From Paraspadella gotoi (lineage: Eukaryota; Animalia; Chaetognatha): a stretch of 64,000 bases of DNA. The position numbers were made by a program, and so were the translations under genes. Position 1 is the first letter of the stretch; each line of letters begins with the position of its first letter. This document shows positions 36,772 through 55,000 of the stretch, in pieces. The notes below the pieces were generated by a model. The model searched no databases and had not been told where the DNA came from. It saw nothing but the letters and a program-made list of their open reading frames with translations. The DNA lies in NCBI GenBank assembly GCA_051294375.1, contig CM119263.1:4612126-4676125 (forward strand), in the 5' to 3' direction.

Positions 36772-39700
36772 TCAACAATTCCGGTGATTGACTTCGACGA
36801 GATCGCCCGAGTCCAACTGGGCGATCCTCTCCAAGGCGTCCGCTTCCCTCGGTCCTCGTGGATCGCGGGAAAAGATCCAGGTGACGTTGCGAGGTGGAAC
36901 GCCTGCTCTGGGTCGGATGCAAGTCCAGATGACGCTGGAAAGATAGAGAATTTAATTGGTCTTTTGTTTTGATTTCATTTCATATTCGTTTTACTTTTTT
37001 TTTTAATATTCTTCAGGTATTCTCTTTTATTCTGTAGGGAAGAAACTAATAATTCGCTTCTTTCCTTCTTATTCTCTCTTTCTCCTTTACTTCCCTTTCT
37101 TAAATAGGAGTGGGACTCCGGTTATGAATTATATATCATTTGTTACTTCTTCATATTGTTGCATCTTCATCTTCATCTTCTAATTTACCTGAGATTTATT
37201 ACGATAGCTAAATAACTAAATGCAAATAAAAATATAATGTTTCTTTATTATTATAATCATTGTTTATTTAGGACAAATATTCAACACATAATACATTAAG
37301 AATCTAAGAATATATCTCTTACACTTATTCCTTTCCTCTTTCCCCTCTCCCTTTTTCAGCTCTTCTCCTTCCTTCCTTTCTTCCCTCTTTCTCCTTTCTT
37401 CCTCTTCCCTTTTTTTCGCTCCTCTCTCTCCTCCCTTTCCCTTTCTTCCTCTTGTTCCCTTTCCTCCATTACTCTGTTCCCTCTCTTTCCTTCCCCTGAT
37501 TAAATAAGTATTTCTCTCCCCCTCACTTTTCTTTCCTCCCTCTCTTTCTCTTCCCCGGCCTCTCTTTCTTCCTCCCCCTTCTTTCTCTTCTCTTCTCTTC
37601 TCTACTCTACTCTACTCTACTCTACTCTACTCTACTCTACTCTACTCTACTCTACTCTACTCTACTCTACTCTACTCTACTCTTCCCCTCACCTATAATC
37701 AGTGTTGTCAGTCTCCAGGACCCAAAGGCAATACCTTCTCTTCTCTTCTCTTCTCTTCTCTTCTCTTCTCATTCCCTCTCTTCTCTTCCCCTCACCTATA
37801 ATCTGTGTAGTCAGTCTCGAGGACCCAAAGCAATCCCCCTCCAGGATTGAAGTTGACTCTCATCTTTCCTCCTTCTCCATCCAATGGAATCGCGGTTCCA
37901 ATTTTGTTTTTTTCTTTTCCTCCTTGTTTGAATCTCTTTTCAATTCGGATGCTGGAATTTAGGAATCAATTTAATGTAATTGCAATTGTAATTTTAATTC
38001 GATCTTATTCAATTCAACTTTTTGTACACATTTAGTAAAAGGAAAAGAAAATACAATTCATTTACTGTTATTTTATTTAGATAAGTTTTTTTTTCACGAA
38101 AGCGCCCAGTTTCTAAGCGGTAATCAGCTTATCAGATGAGAAATCACGATAATTTTTTTCAATGTGTGATCCTAACTGATCATAACAGATCATAACTGAT
38201 CATAACTGTTATTGCGGTACAAGTAATTTTTTTACCTAGTTATTTTTTCAACTTGCATCATTTTTTCAACTTGCACCATTTTTTTAACTTATACAATTTT
38301 TTTCAACTAGCATCATTTTTTCAACTTGCATTGTTTTTTCAATTTGCTTCTTTTTTTAAACTCGCTCCACACACTTCCCTACCCACTAAGGCGGGACAAA
38401 ATTGATCACTTTTTATCATTAAGAGTTCTATAATATAAAATTCATTTGTCCATCATATACTTAATCAAAATTTATTATCACTTTTTTAAATAGTGAAGCA
38501 CAGTATAACATTGAAGCATTTAAATATTTATCAATGCATAGGCAATGAAAAAATTGTTTTTTAAAAATTTTATTTTTTAAAAGCGGATTCAGATAGCCAA
38601 TAAAAAGTTGTCTACACAAAGTATAATGCGTTTTTCAATATTTCGATGATAAGTGGGTCAAATAATTGAAAAACTCTTTAAAATCATCATCATCATTGTC
38701 GTACCATAATTTTTATAGTTTTTGCTAATTTTAAGCAATAAAATAAAAAAAATTGAAAATCTTGTAGTAATATTTTTTATTTATTTTTTTAATCTTTACC
38801 CGAATCCGTTTTTAAAAATTCTGATTTTGAAAAAAAGAATTTTCTTGATTTTAGTAATATGATAAACTTTAAATGCTTCTATGTTATTAACTATACATAA
38901 AATCTTAATTTTTTTTGTAATTTCATAATCCTACAGGGATGCTCTAACGTTATTTATATTACAGAATTCTTAGTTTTTACTTTGTTCTGCCTTACTACCC
39001 ATACACAAAATTTCTTCTCAATCTATTCATCCAAGTTTTTAAATTTTTTTTATTTGAACTTATTTTCACTCGCACGATTCCATCAAAACTTTATATTCAG
39101 CTCAATAACACACTTTTCTACCCATACACAAAATTTCATTCCAATTTATCCGTCCAATCACGAGTAATTAGAGTTTTTTTTGCTAAGGGGGGACGGACGG
39201 ACAGACAGACGATGTTCTGACATGACCGACAAGATTGAGGGGGCGGACCGACGGACCGACAAAGTAGATTATAGAGTCGGGATCGACTGATAAGCAGATC
39301 CGACTAAAAATGAATGGATAATTTTTACAGTGCTTGTACCAATTTCATACAGTCTTCTTTTTTTTAATTTCTGCGATCGCGGGCACATTAGCGTGGGCGG
39401 TTATTAATTCGGAAATGATTAATAATTAATCAGGTGTTTTAGAGATTGAAAGTAATAACGCGTTCCGTGATTGAACAAGTTTGAGCAAACGATGCCGGAT
39501 CTTCCCACGATCATTAGCGGTCAGCTGCGGATCAGATAATCAATTAATTTAAAAAAAAAAGGAAAAAAATATAAAAAAGAGAGAAGCAGGTTTGGAATAC
39601 CATTTGACCGCCCTTTGTAACCCGCTAACCCGAATTCCCAAGACACCACGACCCGAGGTCGGTACATTCCATGGTGCCCTTCAAACATGGAATGCGGCAT

Positions 39701-41030
39701 ACAACGTATTTGGATGTAACTTTTTGTTGTACACTTTGGATGTCATTTTTCATTTTTTGCGCACCGCCGCCCCCAATTTGACCTAGATGTTAGAGAAGGT
39801 CGATGGCGGATATCCTGCAGATGACATTCACAGAATACCTGAACTTGGGAATATCCCTCCGTCCTGCAACTCACTCTCCCTTATGGCTGGGATTACAGCG
39901 GGCAACCAACGCCCGCCGAGGTGAAGAAGGGATTCTTAAAAAGGGAGTCATTTTACTGACCGGCGGGTACTGATTATATATAATATAAGATAACATAAAA
40001 AATATAATCTAATATATTGTATCTGATGAATTTATTTATATCAATTCAAATAAAAATAGTATTAAAACTAAATAACTTCGAAAAAGGTTGATAAAAAATT
40101 TTACGCTTACATTCTCAAAAATTGTGAGTGAATTAAGATAAGATTGTGAAAACCTATTTCGGTGGTTTTTTCCTAAATAAAATAGATACGATCAATATAA
40201 AAATTCATTTACATAATGAATTAGTTATCCTGTCCCTGGACGTGCTCTGACGGACGGATGGACGGACGGACATCATTTTTTTAAATAATTTATCATAGTT
40301 CGATGTTCTGACATGACTATTTAAGTGTATGACCGACAAGATTGAGGGGGCGGACCGACGGACCGACAGAGTGGATTATAGAGTCGAAATCTGCTGAAAA
40401 GCAGATCCGACTAAAAACAATTTTCTGTTTTTTAATTAATATGTTACAAGTTATTTTCAAAAAAACATCTCGAAAACCCTGTATTTATCCCTAATCTTTG
40501 ATTTCAACCCTAACCCTAATTCCTTACCTTAATCCATGATACCTAACTTACTTTATTCCCAAACCCTAAACGATAATCTTTAACCTTTAATCCCTAAACT
40601 TAATCCTTAACCAAATTCCTAATCTAATCTTTAACCCTAATCTTTAACCCTAATCCTTTCATTCATTCACCTTCCATCGGCCATTTGGGTGTAATCGCTG
40701 GAAGCGCAATCAAAGACCAGGAAGGGCGAGTGCTTGTAGTAGTACCACCGGCCCAAATACTGACGAAATAAAAACGTTTAGTATCAAATAGACGATCGAT
40801 ATTTAAAATCAAATAGAATTAGTTAAATAATCAAATTGAATAAATGATAAATAAATCAATCGAGTCAATCAAATCAATCAAACTAATATGCTTGCCTCCT
40901 CGATGTCAAAATTGTCCATTGGGGTCTTTTGATTGCATTCTCGTCCACATTCACATTCTTGATCGCATCTCGTCGTCTCGATGCAAACAAGCAACGTGAT
41001 GACCAAGCAGAGGAGAAAACGTCCAAGCAT
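36772..41030 (-). CDS. Secreted lipocalin, apolipoprotein D/Lazarillo-like (about 180 aa); exons 41030-40896, 40759-40671, 37951-37796, 36934-36772
   Basis: Signal peptide MLGRFLLCLVITLLVC; all three lipocalin motifs, NFDIEEYLGRWY, LWVLETDYTDYSVIWTC and WIFSRDP; terminal Cys; intron phases 0, 2, 2 are consistent. Absent from the ORF track. Confidence 0.93.
39191..39310. mobile_element. Helentron/DINE-like non-autonomous element end (copy 1)
   Basis: (GACG/GACA)n microsatellite, then TTATAGAGTCG-hairpin-CGACTAAAAA; near-identical copy at 40248-40417. Confidence 0.55.
40248..40417. mobile_element. Helentron/DINE-like non-autonomous element end (copy 2)
   Basis: Same sequence with the hairpin AGTCGAAATCTGCT-GAAA-AGCAGATCCGACT. 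Related ends in the opposite orientation lie at about 54286-54350 and 60481-60532. Confidence 0.55.
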
Positions 41031-42505
41031 TTTTGTTCGTCGTTGGGAAAAAAATTTAAGTAAAGTTTTTTTTCACCTTTTAAATGTTAAATAAAATTGA
41101 AAGTAAAAATAAAAAGAATTTGATTTTTTTTTTCATGATTTGATTTTATACTCTAGTCTCTATCTCGAACTAATTGAAAAAAGTTAGAACATTTTCTCAC
41201 TTGTTAAATTAATCAATTTACAATTTACAATTTTTTTCAATGTAATTTTGTTTATTTAATTACTTTAATAATACGGTTCTGGTTCTGAAAATAAAGGTTT
41301 AATAATTCATTTTGATTAACGCATTCTTTACGGTTTAAGTACAAAATTTAAATTTCGAGTTCCGTATCGTATGACGTTTTTTTTAAAACGATGTTAAGTA
41401 ATCTTTTAAAACTAAACGAATTTTTTTTTTCTTTTTCGCTCGATGAGTAAAAAGACGAAATTAGATTCTGGAGCGTTGACCTTCTTCACTCGAATCTTCA
41501 AATCTTCACAACTTCACAGATGTGAAACGGAAAGACTGAGATTTTTGACAGAAACAGATCGTTTTCTAATTCCCGAAATTCTTTTTTTTTCGCGAAAAAA
41601 AGAATTGTTCTTTAAATTTAGTTAAAAATGTTTTTTTTTAAGTCTTGACGGAAAGATTTTTTTAAATTATTCGCCGATTTATTCGCTCAGCTAAATATTA
41701 AAAAATAATACTGTAGTAAAAAATTTTAACATTCTTTATATAAGATACGCTATTCGATCTACCTAATGGTCAAAATATACTAACTTTTATAATTAATTCT
41801 AAAAAAAATAATACAACATAAAAATTGTATTTAGCGATGTTACAGTCATTTGCTTTATTTATACATTATTACAAACTATTTTATCAGTGAAAAAAAATAA
41901 ATATAAAAGAAATGAAGAAAAGGAAGAGAAATGAGGAATCGAAGCAGAAAAATGAAGAAGACGAGTTTGGGCGAGACGCTGAAAGAGGAGAGGGAAGCAA
42001 TCGTTATTTCGTCAAGCCGACAAACAAGAAAGCAAGCAAGCAAGCAATCATGCAAGCAAGCAAGCAAGCAAATATGAAGAGAAATTGTTCACGTATATTA
42101 ATTAATTATACATACCTAACAATCAATTAGGTAAAGGCACAACCATATCTAAACAAATAAAATAGCGAAAACCAAACCAATCAACCAAACAAACAATTCA
42201 ACCAACCAAACAGCCAATCAACTAACACACCAGCCAAACAACCAAACAAACAGCTAATCAACTGGTCCAACTAACACACCAGCCAACCAACAACCCAGTA
42301 AATCATCAACCCAATCTAACCAACCTACATAACAATCAAACCAATCAATCAAACCAATAAATCCAACCCACCAACAGATAAAGCCACTCAATTCAATCAA
42401 ACCAACAAATCCACCAATCGAACAAAATAATTAAACCTATCAACCAACCAACACGGCAATCAAAACGATTAAACTAACCAATCAACTCAAACCAATGAAA
42501 CTGAC

Positions 42506-42686
42506 CCCTTTTATTGTTCGCTCTCCGTTGAAGAATCTCCCTCCTTAAATTTTCTATCATGTCGCACTTCGATCTGTCGAGGAACCAGTGGGCGGTCGTC
42601 ACCACCGGTTTGGGCGTCGACGGACGAGTGGAGGTCGAGTTCGGAGGCCGAGCTGATTGGAGAAAAGGGGGAAGGGATAAACTCTT

Positions 42687-42746
<60 letters not shown>

Positions 42747-45700
42747 CAGCTAATAGTTTCTAGAATTGAGATCTCCAAACCAATACACCCTGTAATGAGA
42801 TTGGGGAAATGTGTGACAGGTCACCAATTTCTAGAAATGAGGTCCTGACAACGGAAATTGGAAACCGAAGATCGATACGAGGAAATCTGAGGCAAACGTC
42901 ATTCATTACACGCTCGCGTTGCTTGGCAACGGAAAAGCGGTTTCTAGGTGAAAAACGAAACGCGTCCTTTGTAATTACAACTAAGGAATGAAGATTGATC
43001 TTTTGTTGCTACTTTGTTTAGCTCACGAGGGGCGCTGTCGGCAACTGACGGAAACCATTATTTGTAATAAAAGTAGAGCAGTTTTTCCTACATTTGCTCT
43101 TCAAAATGTCGTTGTTGTACTCTTCTGTTTTCTTCCCCTCTCCTCTTTTCTCATATTTTCTCTACTCTTCTCTTATTTTCCCTTCTCTTCTCTTATCTTC
43201 TTTTCTCTTATCATTTTTTCTCCTATCATTTCTTTTCTTACCTTCTTTTTTTCTACTTTTTTCTTCTCCTCCCTCTCTTCTCTTCTTTTTTCTTCTCTTC
43301 TTTTCCCTTCTCTACTCTTCTCTTNNNNNNNNNNCTCTTTTCTTCTCTTCTCCTCCTTCTCTTCTCTTCCCCTCTCCTCTCTTCTCTTCTCTTCTCTTCT
43401 CTTCTCTTCTCTTCTCTTCTCTTCTCTTCTCTTTCCCTCTCGTCTCTTCTCCTCTCCTCCTTCTCTTCCCTTCCCTTCTCCTCTCTTCTCTTCACTTCTC
43501 TCCTCACCTGTCACATTTCCTCCTCCCTCTCCCTTTGTCGTCGGCGTCGAATAAACATCATAGTCTTCGTCCACACAAACTCCAGATCCTCCAGCGACGT
43601 AAGGCGGAAGTCGGTCGCAGTCGAGTAGAGGATCCCAGTCTCGTCCGTAGTGGCTCACGATGGGCATGCACCACTGGCGAGCCCGTTCACAGACAGAGCG
43701 GCAGGCTGGCCGGCCTGTAAAAGAGATTAGAAGGGTCATTTGAGTAGCATTGCACTACTGGCGAGCACGTTGGCAGACCGAGCGGCAGGCTGGGAGGCCT
43801 GTAAAAGAGATTATAGAAGTCAGAAGGGTTTGGAGTGAAAGTGAAAGTGCAAGACGGTGATTCGCCACAAGCTTAACAGGAGGCAGGATAAGTTTATTTA
43901 CGGAATAAATTATATTTTTAGAGATCAATAGTATAGAGTCATCCAAAATAGTATAATTTTTTCTAGGTTGGTTTTTCTCAAGGGGTAATGTAATTTGTAA
44001 TATAATTTATGACTTAATTTGTTACGTAACGTGATGTGACGTGACATGACGTAACGTGACGTGACGTGACGTGACTTACCAGTTGGGAAATTTATGGTGA
44101 TGTTCGTGCAGGGCGGCATGTAGATGCTGAAAAGAAATAAAAAGTGGATAAACTGCGCCAAGGGGTAGATATTTTTTCCTATCCAGGGTTACCCCTTAGG
44201 AAGGCAGTCTTTTGTGCCCCAATGGGATCTGCTGCAGGGATGCCCCTAAATGCTAAAAAAGTTATCCCCCATGGTTGAATACCCAGGTGCATAGTTTTCG
44301 TACACCCCCAGAATCCGTCCCTAAGTAAGACCACCGGACGTCGCCCCTTGCCATCCGCCAAGGGGAAGGCGTTTATTGTGACGTTATACTTGCAACCCTC
44401 CCTCTCCCTTTCCTCTCACCCCATCTCTCCAACCCCCCCTTTACTTCCCTTCCATCACCTGCAGAGCGTAAAGAGGAGATACATTTTCCCGCAGCCGACG
44501 TCAACTAAAGTGAGGAAATGTTTCATGGCGAGGGCGGCCTCTTCGTGGGAGTTGTGACCTGGGGTGTTGAAGGAGTGGAGAGGCGGGCAGTGAAAGGGGT
44601 GGGGAGCGGAAAATAGACTTAGAAGGGGATAGGAAGGGAAAAGTAAATGTGTCGGGAGACGAGAAGAAACTGGAGAACGGCGCCTCCTTTCAAGTATGGA
44701 AACTAATGGAAATCCATAAATAAGATAAGAATGGATTCGTACAAGTAGGATTTTGATTTTGAGCCTTTGGACAATCGGTGTCCTGTGAAGCCTTCCTTTC
44801 TGCGCTCTCCTCTCCTCTCGTCTCACTCCTTTCATTCTCTTCTCTCTCTTCTCTCTCTCGTCTCTCTCTCTCTCTCTCCTCTCGTCTCTCTCTCTCGATC
44901 TTCTCTCTCTCCAAATTTGCATTAAATCTACTCGCGCTCAAAACTCCCCGACTAAAGCGCACGTGCCTTCAAGTGAAAGCGGTACACGCCAAGTTTACGT
45001 GCGCAACACGCAATCGACGTGCGCGTGAGAATGACATTTTGGTGGATCACCCAATTCTTTCTTTTACATCGTTCCATTGTTTTATCAGATTTATTTACTC
45101 TAATTAAATTCTTAGATTAAACTTTTCTTTTCTTTTCTTTTCTTTTCTTTTTTTTTCTTTTTTTTTCTACCCTAAGTCTAATCATCCTGTCTTTCTCCCT
45201 TTCCCTCTCTCTCTCTCTCTCCTCTCTCTCTCCTCACTCCCTTTCACTCTCTCCCTATCACACCCACTCTCTCTCCCTTTCTCTCTCGACAGTCATCAGC
45301 TTCCTTCCTTCCTCTCCTTTCTCTTTTTTTTCCTTTCTACTCCCCTTAATCCCCGGGGAAATTTCCATTTCGTCCAAACGCTGACCCCCGGTTGTCCAGT
45401 TCTAGTCGGTCAGTCAGGCTGAGGTCAGCGCCAAAGATCAGCCGTCCATGAAATAAGAAAAAAAGCTGAACCACTGCTGAAGAAAAAAATTAAAAAGGAA
45501 AAAGAAAAAAAAGGAAATAGGATAGGAATAAAAGGAAAATCGAAAAGAAGCGAAATGAAAGACAAACGCTGAAAAAAGGAAATAAAGGAAAAGAATGAAG
45601 GAAATAGGATCCACAAGATAAGAAAAGAATAAAGAGACAAAAGAAGAAAGAAAGAAAGAAGAAAGAAAGAAAGAAAGAAAAAGATAGAAAGAAAGAAAGA

Positions 45701-46046
45701 AAGAAAGAAAAGAAAGAAAGAAAGAAGAAGAAAGAAGAAAGAAAGAAAGAAAGAAAGAAAGAAGAAAGAATGAATGAAAAAAAAATAAAAGAAAACCGAT
45801 GATATGAAAACTAGATGTCACAACTACCGACCAATTTCATTCCCGTAAATTATTCACATTAACCAAATCGCAAAATCTAAAAAATATTCACGTCCCAAAA
45901 AACTAAGCAATGAACCAACCAAACAAGCCAACCAACCAACCAATCAAACGCCTCTGTTTTATATTACCCAATGTGTTTGGAAATTCCGTCCAGTTATAAC
46001 CGACTTCGCGGCAGAGAGAGGTCGTTATGGGCTCGCAATGGGTCTC
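42506..46046 (-). CDS. Frizzled cysteine-rich domain (CRD) protein; exons 46046-45968, 44558-44459, 44126-44080, 43714-43508, 42652 to about 42506; first and last exons unresolved
   Basis: Spliced: ETHCEPITTSLCREVGYNWTEFPNTLGHNSHEEAALAMKHFLTLVDVGCGKMYLLFTLCSIYMPPCTNITINFPTGRPACRSVCERARQWCMPIVSHYGRDWDPLLDCDRLP...VCV. All 10 CRD cysteines are present and the phases are consistent. Confidence 0.92.
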
Positions 46047-46262
46047 CTGGAAAACAGAAGGAAACAGGGAGAAAGTTGGGGAGAGAGAGAGGGAGAGAGA
46101 GATAGAGAGAGGGGGGAGAGTTTGGAGAATCTAATAAAAGAACGTCATAAAGGATGCCGTTTTTGGAGGCGAAGCAAGACCAGCTGAAAATGAGAAGGGG
46201 GGAGAGATAAAGAGACAGAGACAGAGAGAGAATAATAGCAGGGAAGAGCGAGAAAAGAAAAG

Positions 46263-46309
<47 letters not shown>

Positions 46310-46527
46310 AGAAAGAGAGAGAGAGAGAGTAGAGCGAGAAGAAAAAAAAAAAGGAGAGAGGAGAGAGAGAAGAGGAAGAGGGAGGGTCTAGGCTTTCACT
46401 TGTGTCCGCGTGGCTTAAAAAAATTATCCATTAAAAATGCGAATATATGAGTAAGATCAAAAAAAGAGGTTTTTCCTTTGAAGGGCCAGAGAGACGAGAG
46501 AGTAGAGAGGAAGAGAGAGAGAGAGAC

Positions 46528-46562
<35 letters not shown>

Positions 46563-46859
46563 ATAGATAGAGTAGATAGGTGGTACAGTGGATCGCTAGT
46601 ACCCTCTGGACACAGAATAAAGTGGACCTAGGTAAATAATATAATAATATAATATATAATATCAATATATTAATATATAACTAATATGATTATAATATAT
46701 ATAAATATATATAGTATAGAATGTAACGATGGGTCCGTTCATTCATTGAATATCCGTTTTCTAACTACAGAAAAGCCAAACTTTTTTTTAACTACACAGT
46801 AAAAACAATGTGTATCTACTAAATATTTAGTTATTCAGAAGAAAAGGAAATAAGAGAGA

Positions 46860-46900
<41 letters not shown>

Positions 46901-47547
46901 GAGAGAGACAGGAGAGAGAGAGAGAGAGAAAAAGGGGGAGGAAACGAATACGTAACATTGGGAAAGAGTAATAAAATTTAGTTTCTATTGACTGACATAA
47001 AGTAACATTAAATATTTTAAGAGTAAGTCTGACCTTGTAGAAATCCTGTGAATGAAAACGTGATAAACATCAAAATTCAAAAGTTTAAACGTTTGTCCTA
47101 CAAAGATTGAGATTTTGACTCAAACGAATTTAGTTCAAATTCTTTCTTTTCTTATTTTTTTTCTTTCTCTTTCGTAAAATAAAATTAAAGCTTAAGAAAA
47201 ATTTCGCCATGAAAAATTTCTCGTCTTAAAAATCTTAAAACCCCAAAAAAAGTCTTAAAAGTAAAACGCGTCATGAATAATTTAATTAAGCCTAAAATAA
47301 ACGAATTGAATAATTCGGCGAAAAGAAAACTCTAATATTAAATATGATATCAGAGTTATATCCTTATCGATAATTTACATTACATTTATGTTATACAAAA
47401 GGAGGTTTTATCAGTTTAAAACAAAACAAATAAAGCTAAACAAAACCCAAAACGAAAGAAAAGAGAAACAAAAATTTAAAACAAAACGAAACAATAAAAA
47501 CAATAAATATAACAAAACACAACCCTGCGCCGCCCCCCTAAAAAGAA

Positions 47548-52057
<4,510 letters not shown>

Positions 52058-55000
52058 TTAATTTTTATGCATGTGATATACTTTTTTTTTATATATTCGC
52101 TGTGATATTTAGCGTAATGAATCATGCTTTATAATGTTTAACGTGTCTCGTGAAAAAAAAACCGATTTGATTAGTAATTCAATGTAATTTATTTGTAATA
52201 AAATGGATATCTTTTACTGATAATTAGTTTTTCACGTCTCGACGACGTCGCTCTGCGCCAATGAGAATATTAAGTAAGAGTCACTGAAGTTTGCAATTTG
52301 TTTTTGGAAGATAATATTATTAATGGCTTATTATCGATTCATTTTCCTTTCTTTTGTTCTCTTCTTTCTTTTTCAAGCTTGTTTGTTCTTTTGTTCCTTT
52401 GGCTTTGCTCTTTTGTCTCGATCGAGATTTCCTTTTGCTTCTTTTGGTTCCATCCGTTTTCTTTCCAGATTCTATTTTTAGTTCAGGCGCCAGTCTTCAG
52501 TCTCTTCGTTTTATTTACTTACCACGTTATGGCTTATTGTGAAATATGTTGCCTCGTTTCTCTTTTTCATTCTCTCTCCCCTCGTTTAATAACTCGTTCA
52601 ATTGACCTTTTACGATCATTTGACCACTTTGACCGCATTGGGTCATTTAGTATTTCCATAATTAGAGAGACTGTGAACCATTTTTGAGTTTGCTTCGAAG
52701 ACTCACAAAATAAAACTCCGTTCTTATGGGTTTCTTAATGATAATTACTTAAAAATATTCATCGTATTTTTCTTCAATCATATGGAACGGGCGACATCAA
52801 ATTCTCGTTTTTGCTTAGTGTGAGAATAAACAATTCTTCACACTTATGCTGTTGTTTTATTTGATTTTACTCAATATTTCAAGTCACGTTTTCATTTTCA
52901 TTCTCTTGCGACAGAGAGACGCCATCTCTATTTTTTTTTCTTTTATTCATTCTGTTTTCTTTTCTTTTTTGTTGAATCCCCCACAATTTCGCTATTTCTC
53001 TCTCCATTTATTTATAGCAACGTTGATAGTCTCGCTGCCTCATCATTTGAATCACTAATTGTTTATACTACATAATATTGTATTACGAACGAAACGCATT
53101 TTATTTGCTTTATGAAATTGGTACAACCATTAAAATAATTATCCATTCATTTAATAAATAAGCTATCTTGCCCCTGACTTTAATTAATACTTCAAATGCA
53201 TATTAATTGATCATTCTCTTTTTTAAATAGAAGTTNNNNNNNNNNAATATTGTATTACGAATGAAACGCATTTTATTTACTTTATGAAATCGGTACAACC
53301 AATAAAATAATTATCTATTCAGTTAATAAATAAGCTATCTTGCCACTGACTTTATATAATACTTCAAATGCATATTAATTGATCATTCTCATTTTTAAAT
53401 AGAAGTTAACACTCTAACTACGCATAAAGTCTCTTCTATTTACTTTTTCTACGCTCCTTTGCACCCCTCTACACCCCTACTCTTTCTCTCTACACCCCGT
53501 CTTCATCTCCTTCCGTTATAAATTGACGGGGAATTCCCTTCGCTCACCGGGTTTCTGAGCTTCTGTTGACTCTTTTCTGCTTTCTCCATTTGCAGAGACG
53601 ACAACGACAACAATGACAACAACGACGACGAAGCCAACAGTTCGAATCAATACTAGAAAGACAAAAACGGCAACAACGTTTGTAATGACCTTCTGCAAGG
53701 CCAAATGAACGTTGACGCATGGCTGACACAATTTGTGCAGTAAATTACCATCTGCTTCTCTTAGCTTCCTTGGGCCAGAATTCTGCTTATGAGATTAGTT
53801 TTTCTTTGGCAGCTGAAAGTTTATTTCATCCCAGCCTGGTCTTTCTATAATCCATTTCAACCGAGTCTAGTCTTTCTATTCCATTCTAATCTAGTCTTTC
53901 TATTCCATCTTAATCCAGTCTTTTGATTTAATCCCACCCCAGTATTTCTGTTCCACTAGAACGTTGGTTCTCCCTCTCGCTTTGATTTCATTTTTGTCCC
54001 CAAAATTCTATAGGCGAGGAAATTGCAAGTTTTTTTTTCTCATTTCCATTCATCTGCCTTTTGTGCCTTTTTTCACTTCTCTCACTTCACCGGGAAAATT
54101 TCGTAGCAGAAAATAAATGGTGAGAACCTGACCTATTTTCACTTACTTTTTTCCTTTTCCTCTCCTCATCTGATTTTCACGAAAGCTCTGTTCGTTTTAC
54201 TTCCCTCTCTCTTCCTCTCACTCCTTTCCTCCTTTATCCTTCAACTCTTCCTCTTTTCTTCAACGCTCTCCTTTACCTTTCTATATAATAAGGGTTGGGT
54301 CGTCCTGTCGGTCGGTCGGTCGGTCGGTATGTCTGTCCGTCGGTCTGTTCAACTTACATTAAAAATAATCATAACTGGCCAATAGTTGGTTGCTTATTCG
54401 TAAAGTCAGGAAAAAAAATCAAATTTAAGTGACTGCTAGCGCCGCCTTCAGGAAGTCCTAAAACTATAAAGAATAAAAGACGGAATTTTCGATGCAGTGT
54501 TTGTCGTAAATACAAATACAATATAAAGACTTTTGTTATGTACATAAATTTCCTAGTACGTGAAAATAAGTAACTGCGGCGCAATACATAGGATTGGCCG
54601 ATCTTGTTTTCCAATCCCCTCGCTTTCCTTTTTCCAGGTCAAAGATTTATGGGTCGACCTTTGAGTGAGGAAAGGAAAGTTCAACCCGAGACAGGAAAAA
54701 GAATCACGTGGTTTTGGGTTGCCTCTGGCCATTTTTGGGAAATGGAGGAAAGAAAAGACAATAAGGGAGGAAATGAAAGAAATAGGAGGAGAGTAAAGAA
54801 AGAAAAAAACAATGGAGGAAGTAAAGAAATTGAAAGGGAATTAGGCAAAAAATAAAAGGAGAAAACGAGAAAAGAAAGAAAAGAAAAGAAAAGAAAAGAA
54901 AATAAAAGAGAAAAAGGAATGAAGGAATGAAGAATATTATATAAAAAATCTTAAAAGTATAAGGATCTCGCCAAGTTATAGTATCAAAGAAATAATGAAA

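Noticed and set aside
39590-39970. GC-richer coding-like stretch in the lipocalin intron
   Set aside because: The frames I read contain stops and no recognisable motif; probably a decayed repeat.
53073-53406. 160-bp direct repeat
   Set aside because: The two copies sit on either side of a 10-N gap, so this is probably an unmerged contig overlap.
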